A DNA stretch of 64,000 bases from Heptranchias perlo (Eukaryota), in assembly GCF_035084215.1 (NCBI RefSeq), contig NC_090350.1, forward strand, positions 24,552,001 to 24,616,000, given 5' to 3'. Position 1 is the stretch's first letter; each line of letters begins with the position of its first letter. Position numbers and translations under genes: made by a program. Below the pieces are notes generated by a model. It did not search any database, was not told where the DNA came from, and was given only the letters and a program-made list of their open reading frames with translations. Of the stretch, positions 51,070 through 61,863 are shown piece after piece.

Positions 51070-53487
51070 ATTTTTTTTTATTTGATCATGGGATGTGGGC
51101 ATCGCTGGCAAGGCCAGCATTTATTGCCCATCCTTAATTGCCTTTGAGAAGGTGGTGGTGAGCTGCCGCCTTGAACTGCTGCAGTCCGTGTGGTGAAGGT
51201 TCTCCCACTGTGCTGTTAGGTAGGGAGTTCCAGGATTTTGACCCAGCGACAATGAAGGAACGGCGATATATTTCCAAGTCAGGATGGTGTGTGACTTGGA
51301 GGGGAACGTGAAGGTGGTGTTGTTCCCACGTGCCTGCTGCCCTTGTCCTTCTAGGTGGTAGAGGTCGCGGGTTTGGGAGGTGCTGTCGAAGAAGCCTTGG
51401 AGAGTTGCTGCAGTGCATCCTGTGGATGGTACACACTGCAGCCACGGTGCGCCAGTGGTGAAGGGAGTGAATGTTTAGAGTGGTAGATGGAGTGCCAGTC
51501 AAGTGGGCTGCTTTGTCCTGGATGGTGTCGAGCTTCTTGAGTATTGTTGGAGCTGCACTCACCCAGGCAAGTGGAGAGTGTTTCATCACACTCCTGACTT
51601 GTGCCTTGTAGATGGTGGAAAGGCTTTGGGGAATCAGGTGGTGAGTCACTCGCTGTAGAATACCCAGCCTCTGACCTGCTCTTGTAGCCACAGTATTTAT
51701 GAGGCTGGTCCATTATGTTTCTGGATAATGGTGACCCCCAGGATGTTGATGGTGGGGGATTCAGCGATGGCAATGCCGTTGAATGTCAAGGGGAGGTGGT
51801 TAGGCTCTCGCTTGCTGGAGATGGTCATTGCCTGGCACTTGTCTGGCATGAATGTAACTTGCCACTTATCAGCCCAAGCCTGGATGTTGTCCAGGTCTTG
51901 CTACATGTGGGCACGGACTGCTTCAATATCTGAGGGGTTGCGAATGGAACTGAACGCTGTGCAATCATCAGCGAACATTCCCATTTCTGACCTTATGATG
52001 GAGGGAAGGTCATTGATGAAGCAGCTGAAGATGGTTGGGCCCAGGACATTGTCCTGAGAAACTCCTGCAGCAATGTCCTGGGGCTGAGATGATTGGCCTC
52101 CAACAACTACGACCATCTTCCTTTGTGCTAGGTATGACTTCAGCCACTGGAGAGTTTTCCCCCTGATTCCCATTGACTTCAATTTTACTAGGGCTCCTTG
52201 ATGCCACATTCGGTCAGATGCTGCCTTGATGTCAAGGGCAGTCACTCTCACTTCACCTCTGGAATTCAGCTCTTTTGTCCATGTTTGGACCAAGGCTGTA
52301 ATGAGGTCTGGAGCCGAGTGGTCCTGGCCGAACCCAAACTGAGCATCAGTGAGCAGGTTATTGGTGAGTAAGTGCCACTTGATAGCACTGTCGATGACAC
52401 CGTCCATCACTTTGCTGATGATTGAGAGTAGACTGATGGGGTGGTAATTGGCCGGATTGGATTTGTCCTGCTTTTTGTGGACAGGACATACCTGGGCAAT
52501 TTTCCACATTGTCGGGTAGATGCCAGTGTTGTAGCTGTACTGGAACAGCTTGGCTAGAGGCATGGCTAGTTCTGGAGTACAAGACTTCAGCACTAGGGGC
52601 TCATAGCCTTTGCTGTATCCAGTGCACTCAGCCATTTCTTGATATCACGTGGAGTGCATCGAATTGGCTGAAAACTAGCTTCTGTGATGGTGGGGATATC
52701 GGGAGGAGGCTGAGATGGATCATCCACTCGGCACTTCTGGCTGAAGATGGTTGCAAATGCTTCAGCTTTGTCTTTTGGACTCACGTGCTGGGTTCTGCCA
52801 TCATTGAAGATGGGGATGTTCACAGAGTCTCCTCCTCCCGTTATTGTTTAATTGTCCACCACCATCCATGACTGGATGTAGCAGGACAGCAGAGCTTTGA
52901 TCTAATCCGTTGGTTGTGGAATCGCTTAGCCCTGTCTATAGCATGTTGCTTCCGCTGTTTAGCATGCATGTCATCCTGAGTTGTAGCTTCACCAGATTGG
53001 CACCTCATTTTTAGGTACGCCTCGTGCTGCTCCTGGCATGCTCTTCTACACTCCTCATTGAACCAGGGTTGATCCCCTGGCTTGTTGGTAATGGTAGAGT
53101 AAGGAATATGCTGGGCCATGAGATTACAGATTGTGCTGGAATACAATTCTGTACCCCTTGGACGCCCTGTTTTGAGCTGCTAGATCTGTTCTGAATCTAT
53201 CCCATTTAGCACTGCGGTAGTGCCACACGACACGTTGGATGGTGTCCTCAGTGTGAAGATGGGACTTTGTCTCCACAAGGACCGTGCGGTGGTCACTCCT
53301 ACCAATACTGTCATGGACAGATGCATCTGCGACAGGTAGATCGGTGAGGACGAGGTCAAGTAGGTTTCTCCCTCGTGTTGGTTCACTCACCACCTGCCGC
53401 AGGCCCAGTTTGGCAGCTAAGTAGTTCAGGACTCGGCCAGCTCGGTCAGATGTGGTGCTACCGAGCCACTCTTGGTGATGGACATTT
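51070..53487 (-). mobile_element. CR1-group LINE, about 2.4 kb, truncated inside the endonuclease domain
   Basis: EPTRGRNLLDLVLT...IGRSDH (endonuclease), PWFNEECR, RT motifs, and the same C-terminus and tail as the 46960 copy. Confidence 0.96.
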
Positions 53488-54188
53488 GCACGTCATCATC
53501 CATTAACAGCAAGCCCAGACTCAAAGGTGGTGACTGTAGTTGAAAATCTGCCTCCACTATTTAAACATTAATGAAATTTTCATTAACAGTTCAAACAATT
53601 TGAATCCAGTGCTATCTGATCTGCCTCACTAAAGTTTTTGTGTCAGAATGCTCTTAAAATGTGGAAACAAATCCAGTTTATATCTTCAGTGATTGATATC
53701 TCAAACACCCAATTTGAACACCCAGTGTGTCAAAACAAATTAATTTACAGTAGTTTTTAAAAAATCATTTTATTGACCTGACCATCCAATAACGTTATGA
53801 AATTAGAGTTTGGATTTTCCTGCATAATCCTGCCCAAAAACAAATAGGATGGCAGTGGAAACTGAGGAAAAATGGAGCGGTGAGGTCTATCACCACCTCA
53901 TCACCCCAACATCGATTTCTTTCCCCCATTAAAGATTTAGTGAAAATGAGGAGGAAATTATTTGTTGTGGTTTAACCTGAAAAAGTGAAGATTAAATTTT
54001 GAAACAAAACTCTCCAGCGAATACATTAAAACAAATGAGCAGCTTATGACAAATTAACCAATTGTCACCTGCGAATTTCCAGCAAGAGGTTCAATCAATG
54101 GATTAATGGAGGCAGAGATCACTAAGCACAAGCAAGCAGAATAAACAGAAAATATGCTTATGGCCAATATCATGAATGATTTAGTTAC

Positions 54189-54288
54189 CTTTACCGAGTT
54201 TTCCTGAAGGTACCTTACGAATCCATTTATACTCAGGCCTGCAAATCTGTTCGTCCTCGGGCTCCAGGGATTGAATATAATCTAACAT
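54189..54288 (-). CDS. STPG1: Probable STPG1 first coding exon (MLDYIQSLEPEDEQICRPEYKWIRKVPSGKLGK)
   Basis: ATG at 54288 lies 7 nt after a possible acceptor (ctaccctcag|, exon start 54295). Open frame to donor |gtaact in phase 1, matching exon 2. No recognisable protein similarity. Confidence 0.6.
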
Positions 54289-55490
54289 AATGTAACTGAG
54301 GGTAGTGACAGTGCTCCAGTCTCAGGCTGTGGGGATCTAATCAGACACAAGCAATAATAGAGGAATTGGTTAATCTAGTCACCTTGGTCAACTAGTTGCT
54401 TTAAGCTGTTAATGTTTCTCAGAACCAATAATCTTCTGGTGACTTCCCAATTTTAGCCACCAAACAAAGGTGATATGTCTCTCCAAGGGACAGAAGGAAA
54501 ATTGGAGGTCACCTTAGGGATTCCTGTGTACTCCTTCCAACATCCAGTAAAACAGCATTGGCAGTGGCTTAGGAGCAGGTCTGTAACCTGAGGTCTGAAT
54601 CGAGGGGGGGGTCGGTGGTACAGAAAGTCTTCAAGAAGGGAAAAAAATAAAAATATAACTTTTCCACAAAATTTACCTGCACAGATGAGGAGTGGCTGAT
54701 CAGTGCTCCCAAGTGGCCATTTGGGATTCATAGAGTAAGAGGATATAGTTTTGTTCCCAACCCACCCAGTCCAGGGGAACCACTCAGGTCCTATTCTGCA
54801 GGGAGGGGAAATTGGAAGGCAAGTCCCCTGATCCATTCCTGTGCACCTCCTATTGACCAGTTACAGAACTGCCTGGGCAGAACTGTGGCAGGAACTTGTC
54901 TAACAAGCCAAAACAGATTAGAAATAGCAAAAATAGAAAATAACCCAACACGAAAAGACTTTAATTATAAATACTGCAGCAGCTTTTGGAACTATAAAGA
55001 TCCATTCAAAAAATAAAAAATCAAGAAATAATAGCCTAATTTTCCTCCTCACCCCCCCCCCCCCACCCTTGCCCTAGCTTAAATTGCATGGTATGTTTTT
55101 TTCAAGTGCCTGACTTGATATCAACTGAACCCAGCCATATCTCCAGGTGCAGCTCATTTAAATGGCCTGCCAGAGCACCAGACAAGGCCTGGGAATCAGT
55201 GATGTGCAGGTTGGAAGCTGGCCACGGTTGCAAGTCTTAAAACCTACATTTGTGGTGAAATTTAGGTCTGTTGGCTACTGACAGGAACAGCAACCACATG
55301 GCCTCCACCCCTACTGTGCAGCCCTGATGGACCCAACATTCGATGTGGGAGGAAGTTTCTGGCAGCCCCTTTACAGATTCTCCAATCTGATGGGGTAATC
55401 CCGCAACCTTTATAGCTTGGTGGCTTTTGGAGGAGACATATGCCCAGTAGAAGCCACAAAAAAAGATGAAGGAGTGTTATGACAGCACTC

Positions 55491-55629
55491 TAGGGGTACC
55501 AACCCTCCCAACTCTAAAGGTTAATCTCCTGGACACTGCTGCGAGCAACCCAGGAGAAAAATCAAAGGGGCATTCAAAAAAGTGTGTGTTTTTTCATTTT
55601 TTTTGAACACTTTCGAATTGGCAACCTTA
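55491..55629. mobile_element. Small hAT-type MITE
   Basis: TIRs taggggtaccaac / ttggcaacctta. 8-bp TSD cagcactc (55483-55490) / catcactc (55630-55637), 7/8 match. Confidence 0.75.
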
Positions 55630-57066
55630 CATCACTCCCACCTGTTTCAGGCTTTCAGCATGATTCAAACTGGAGCAGTTAAATTTCATTCAACAAACAA
55701 CTGGGAGGCCTGAAACATGCTGAATATGCACAGGAATTGTGCATCAAGCGTAAATGTAGCAGAGACCTTGCACTATGGGTCTCCACCCATTTTTTTCTCT
55801 CCCTGATGCCCCAGAAACTGCCGCTCATGAGGTGTTCGGTAGAAGAAAATTGTCCCCAATATCTCAAGGTACCTCTAAAAATAGTGCACAGCGTGCTGAC
55901 CTATGTTGAATATAATTTTCATTTCTGTAAATCTTTTCCACATTGTTTTGAATCCACGAAGCTGAGGATAAATGGTGAAAGGAGACATCATCCATCCCTG
56001 GAAGGAGCAAGAAAAGCTCAAAGGCTAAAACAATCCTGGCCTCTCGTTATTACTTCTTTCTTTCTTCTTGTTAACCTGTTTATTTTCTCCCAGTTTTCCT
56101 TCTTTGAGTCTCTCTGTACCATCCACCATCTTCTGCAACCCGAAAGTGATGGAAGCGGTGAAAAACTGCTCCCAGTCTCTGCTAGTGTAGTTCTACAGCC
56201 ACTGACTGAAGGTGTGTGATAGCAGCCCAGCTTAACTCTCCCTCCATGTTGTGTCACTCAGTGGAGATGCTGTGCTGCACAATGGCACTACTGAAACCAA
56301 GAATCACTATGTAGAAAATTCTGGGCCCAAACATGTTTCATTTATCATTTTTTGAAGAATGTTCTAGAAGGACCTGAATTGCAGCCTTCTAACCGGGTCA
56401 CACCCAAAGATTAAAATGACAGATTAGTAATATAACTTAATCATTTTATTTCATAAGCTGATAAATTGCAGAAAATGAGGATTGTCAGTGGTGAGTATTG
56501 TATCATAGAGAAGATTTTTTTAAAATTGTTGGCAGAAAATTATAGTGTAAATTTCTTAATGAGTATAATTGTCAATGGTTCCACTGTAACTTCCCCATAA
56601 CAAAATAGTAGATTAAGATGGTTCATTCATTCCGACAGAAAATAAGGAATACACAATTGTCTGTGGTCCGTGGAAACCATATGCAAACTATCAGACATTA
56701 CGATATTCTTTTAGAACTTTTTGTGTTCAAAAATCTAACATTACTATTTTTAAAATGACTGTTTTTTTTTTAGTTATGAACTCTATAAGCCACATTGGTA
56801 GCCCTACAGCTATAAGATTTTGAACACGTTGAAGTAAAATGGTATCATAATATCAATGACATGATAGTCTATTCAGACAATTGGGAATGTGATAATTTAT
56901 GTGCAGAATATGCTGCTTCTGCAACAGCAGAAAATGCTGATGATTTTTTAAAAACTGATAATTGGAAAAACTGCAAATAGTTACATTTGGCTCAATAAAA
57001 ATCATGCCGCATTATATGCACTTAATTCTATTATTTTTGTTCCGGCAGCCACTGGGAGTTGAAGTA

Positions 57067-57080
57067 CCACTAGAGGGAGC
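57067..57080 (+). promoter_or_regulatory. CTCF core motif CCACTAGAGGGAGC
   Basis: Strong match to the CTCF core consensus in non-repetitive sequence upstream of STPG1. Confidence 0.55.
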
Positions 57081-57893
57081 AAGATACCCGGACCTGAAGT
57101 GCGTAGTCATAGCTTGCAAATGGAGGTCTGCTAAGATTTGCTAATCACGGGTTTACAAGTAACAGGAAGCTACTGTGCACATTCGGTGCCTTTTCCAGCA
57201 ATAAACCCAACACTGCAGAAACCTTGAAGTGAGGAGTTTCTAGTCTCAGATCAATGGAATCAAGATGGCAGACAATTAGGAGTCAAAGAACCTATGACAG
57301 GAGCAGCATTTATATTTGACAAATTACAAGTTTGATGACTTGGGTGAAGGACTGTGTGTCAGTAAAGGACTAGGACTTTGATCAGGTCAAAATAAAGAAG
57401 AGGAGGAGGTCCACAAGTCAGAAAATAAAAATAACTAGACTAACTGAAAGGGAGTCAGTTAGTCAACAATTGATGTCATTGGGAAAGCCAGGAGAGGAAC
57501 AGGAGAGGCCTGAGGCTTAAGGCCTAGGTGAGTATTGTTATATTGTATGGGGGGAGAACTGAATAGAATAAAAGAAATTAGTGTGTGAAAATCTACAGCT
57601 GGAATTTAAAAATAATCATTATTTGCAACTTGGAAAATGGTAAACAAGGCAGAACAGTCACAGAAATGAAATAGGAATTTTGTAAAGGAAAATATTAAAA
57701 AGATTGTTTAAACCTGAACAAGTAATGAAAGCCATAACAACTGAAATTAAACAGTAAGTGAGGGAAATACTATGAAAATGAAATTTGCTTTATTAAAACA
57801 AATAAAAGTGAAACGTGCTCGGCTTTAAAAAGGCACATACTCATTTTTTTTTTTGAAATGATTTTTAGCCTTAGCAAGAACTTTATTTTTAGT

Positions 57894-58027
57894 CATGATG
57901 TGGAGATGCCGGTGATGGACTGGGGTTGACAATTGTAAACAATTTTACAACACCAAGTTATAGTCCAGCAATTTTATTTTAAATTCACAAGCTTTCGGAG
58001 GCTTCCTCCTTCCTCAGGTAAATGTTC
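57894..58027 (-). mobile_element. Solo Penelope-like terminal repeat with 9-bp TSD
   Basis: Flanked by atttttagt at 57885-57893 and 58028-58036. Minus strand has a hammerhead motif followed by AATAAA, typical of Penelope pseudo-LTRs. Confidence 0.8.
57983..58023 (-). ncRNA. Minimal hammerhead ribozyme motif
   Basis: Minus strand: AUUUAC-CUGAGGA-A-GGAGG(AAG)CCUCC-GAAA-GC-UU-GUGAAU. Stem I AUUUAC/GUGAAU, stem II GGAGG/CCUCC, and palindromic AAGCUU in place of stem III. Confidence 0.75.
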
Positions 58028-58677
58028 ATTTTTAGTGAATGGTCTGGTACCATTTTGTTGGAAAAGGGATGCTGATTTTGACTCAGGTAGAATTTCACGG
58101 CACAGGATCTCCAACCTTGGATCAGAGAACAGGAATGGGGGAGAAATTGGATAGCCCCGGCCTATCATCGTGAACTGGGCACAGGGAATGATTCCTGCAG
58201 CAGAACAGGTAGGCGTTAGGCCCAATCGAAATTGGACCTTGGGCCTCATTTTAAATTAGACCAGCAAGCTGCAGACTCCTGCTGCGCATCCCCAAGCAGC
58301 TTGCCGGTGGAGCGGACATCAATTTTGACAGCAGCCCTCAGGTAGATCTTGGGGGGTGGGGGAAGCGATCGGGAGGGGGCCAAGCACAGGCCACCAACGA
58401 TGTTCGGGAATAACGTGAAGCCAGGAGGAGCACTCATTCACATTCAGGTTTCTTTTTTACAAAACGTATCCTTTTGTTCGCGGCCTCCAGAGATGCCAGC
58501 TGCGCTCAGGGCAGCCCAATTTAGGGAAGGAGTCCTCAAACAAGCGTTAGGCCCCCTGTTTACATATTGAAAGGGCCTGATGTCTGGATGCCTCTGCTAT
58601 TGCCTTTGCCAATATACTGGGTGGTACGCTTTTGGTGCGGAATGTGCATGTGATGCCGCTCACCGTGTTGGACGCTT

Positions 58678-58857
58678 AGATTATCTGGTCATTATCACAT
58701 TGCTGTTTGTGAGACCTTGCTGTGTGCAAGTTGGCTGCTGCTTTTCCCTGCATCACAACAGAGACAACAATTCAAAAGTTCTTAATGAGCTGTAAAGTGC
58801 TTTGGGATTTCCTGAGGTCGTGAAAGGTGCTATCTCGATGCAAGTTCATTCTTCTTT
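58678..58857 (+). mobile_element. Deu-domain SINE 3' half
   Basis: gattatctggtcattatcacattgctgtttgtgagaccttgctgtgtgcaag...gaggtcgtgaaaggtgctat matches 49115-49290. Confidence 0.85.
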
Positions 58858-59249
58858 AGATGCCTGTTTTATGCCTGTAAAACCAGCGTGGCGCCAAAGA
58901 ATTTCTAGAATTTCATACTTTCCTGGAAGGTTATTACAATTATTACTGTGACCTAGGAAAACTATGCAACATCAGTGCCCTAAATAAATTTTAAAAATGA
59001 ATTAAAATAAACTATATGTAGCTTCACCCTCTTTTTTCTTTAAGGAAAGAAAATTAATTTTCTTTTCCAGCTCTTTTGGTCTCCTCATACCACACAAGAT
59101 CCAACAGGAGAGCTGCTCTGAAATTGGTTACTTACAGATGCATAAGAGTGACTGGATGGGACTAACCCTCTGGTTTTTCCTCTTTCCCCCTGTAGGAAAA
59201 CACTTGACCTCACTGGAAGCTTCCCTCCTGCAGCATGGCTGAAATTAGT

Positions 59250-61863
59250 GGGCCAGATTTTGCTGTCAAAATAACAGTGTGGCTAATGGCGCTCACCGTT
59301 ATCTATTCGTAAATGCTACAGCAACTTCAGGTGAGGGGCAGATGCCCGGTTAAACTCAATTATCCAAAAGTTGCTGTCCGAGTTGTGTCGCGAAAATGGC
59401 ATCTTGCTGTCTGCCTCACCACTGAAATGCATTGAATGGCGTGAAGTTGCTGTATTTGCCACAGAGAGCTAAATCCATTACAATCTAAGTACCCTGTTAA
59501 TGACACTAAGTATTAATTATTGCCAATCGACCTCTCTGGAACTGAAAATTGACTATTACAATTTTTTAAAATTTTATTTGTTCATGGGATGTGGGCGTCG
59601 CTGGCAAGGCCAGCATTTATTGCCCATCCCTAATTGCCCTTGAGAAGGTGGTGGTGAGCCACTTTCTTGAACTGCTGCAGTCCGTGTGGTGAAGATTCTC
59701 CCACAGTACTGTTAGGTAGGGAGTTCCAGGATTTTGACCCAGCGACGATGAAGGAACGGCGATATATTTCCAAGTCAGGATGGTGTGTGACTTGGAGGGA
59801 AATGTGCAGATGGTGTTGTTCCCATGTGCCTGCTGCCCTCGTCCATCTAGGTGCTAGAGGTCGCAGGTTTGGGAGGTGCTGTCGAAGAAGCCTTGGCGAG
59901 TTGCTGCAGTGCATCCTGTAGATGGTACACACTGTAGCCACGGTGCACCGGTGGTGAAGGGAGTGAATGTTTAGGGTGGTGGATGGGGTACCAATCAAGC
60001 GGGCTGCTTTGTCCTGGATGGTGTCGAGCTTCTTGAGCGTTGTTGCCTGCACTCATCCAGGCAAGTGGAGAGTATTCCATCACACTCCTGACGCGTGCCT
60101 TTTGGATGGTGGAAAGCCTTTTGGGAGTGAGATGGTGAGTTACTCGCTAGAGAATACCCAGCCTCTGACCTGCTTTTGTAGCCACAGTATTTATATCGCT
60201 GGTCCAGTTAAGTTTCTGGTCAATGGTGACCCCCAGGATGTTGATGGTGTTGGATTCAGCGATGGTAGTGCCGTTGAATGTCAGGGGGAGGTGGTTAGAC
60301 TCTCTCTTGTTGGAGATGGTCATTGCTGGCACTTGTCTGGTGCAAATGTTACTTGCCACTTATCAGCCCAAGCCTGGATGTTGACCAGGTTCATGCTGCA
60401 TGTGGGCACGGACTGCTTCATTATCTGAGGAGTTGCGAATGGAACTGAACACTGTGCAATCATCAGCAAACATCCCCATTTCTGACTTTATGATGGAGAA
60501 AAGGTCATTGATGAAGCAGCTGAAGATGGCTGGGCCTAGGATACTGCCCTGAGAAACTCCTGCAACAATGTCCTGGGGCTGAGATGATTGGCCTCCCAAC
60601 CCTTTGTGCTAGACGTGACTCCAGCCACTAGGGAGTTTTCCCCCGATTCCCATTGACTTCAATTTTACGAGGGCTCCTTGGTGCCACATTCGGTCAGATG
60701 CTGCCTTGATGTCAAGGGCAGTCACTCTCAACTCACCTCTGGAATTCAGCTCTTCTGTCCATGTTCGGACCAAGACTGTAATGAGGGCCGAGTGGTCCTC
60801 GCGGAACCCAAACTGAGCAACAGTGAGCAGGTTATTGGTGAGTAAGTGCCACTTGATCGCACTGCTGACGACACCTTCCATCACTTTGCTGATGATTGAG
60901 AGTAGACTGATGGGGCAGTAATTGGCCCGGTTGGATTTGTCCTGCTTTTTGTGGACAGGACATACCTGGGCAATTTTCCACATTGTCGGGTAGAATTCAG
61001 TGTTGTAGCTGTACTGGAACAGCTTGGCTAGAGGTGCGGCTAGTTCTGGAGCACAATTCTTCAGTACTACAGCCGGGATGTTGTCGGGGCCGATAGCCTT
61101 TGCTGTATCCAGTGCACTCAGCCATTTCTTGATATCATGTGGAGTGTATCGAATTGGCTGAAGACTGGTTTCTGTGATGGTGGGTATATTGGGAGGAGGC
61201 CGAGATGGATCATCCACTCGGCATTTCTGGCTGAAGATGGTTGCAAACGCTTCAGCCTTGTCTTTTGCACTCACGTGCTGGACTCCACCATCGTTGAGGA
61301 TGGGGATGTTCTTGGAGCCTCTTCCTCCTGTTAGTTGTTTAATTGTTCACCACCATTCATGACTGGATGTGGCAGGACAGCAGAGCTTTGATCTCATCCA
61401 TTGGTTGTGGAATCGCTTAGCTCTGTCTATAGCATGTTGCTTCCGCTGTTGTGAAGTCTCATTCCTCCAGGTTGTATGGAGATTTTCAAAATGTAAAGTT
61501 TTACATTTTAATTTTTTTTTGCTTTTCCTTTCTGTCTCTTTTTTTCTCTCTCTCTCTTAATCCAATCTTTCTTTCCCACTCTTTATTTCTCTTTATGTAG
61601 CTGGTTTGACATTGAATTCACCCACTTTAACTTCAGTCCTTGCGCTGTTAGTTTCACAATCTTTCAATCTGATTGGTTAAGGAGATGCACAGTTGCTTGC
61701 CCTGTTCACTCAGGTCCCAGATGCCCTGTTTCCCTCGCTGTGACCTTATCAGCTCGCACTTTCAGCAACTTGCCACGCAAAAAATTTAAAATCCCAAACA
61801 TGCAAGGGCAAGTCTTACTAACGTCAGACGCCGTTGCATGGCCTACCGCAGCAAATTATGCCC
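59250..61863. mobile_element. Non-autonomous DNA element split by a LINE (pieces 59250-59561 and 61451-61863)
   Basis: Inverted termini gggccagattttgctg / cagcaaattatgccc. Colinear with the element at 19716-20490 across the LINE junction (actgaaaatt.ac...tgtg.agt.tcatt). Confidence 0.65.
59562..61450 (-). mobile_element. CR1-group LINE, about 1.9 kb, 5'-truncated
   Basis: KAIGPDNIPAVVLKNCAPELAAPL, ALDIKAASDRMWHQG, MFADDC, and the same tail as the 46960 and 51070 copies. Confidence 0.96.

Noticed and set aside
55737-56257. Overlapping 160-aa (+) and 79-aa (-) ORFs
   Set aside because: No recognisable domain or supported splice structure. Could include a non-coding STPG1 exon, but this cannot be shown from sequence.
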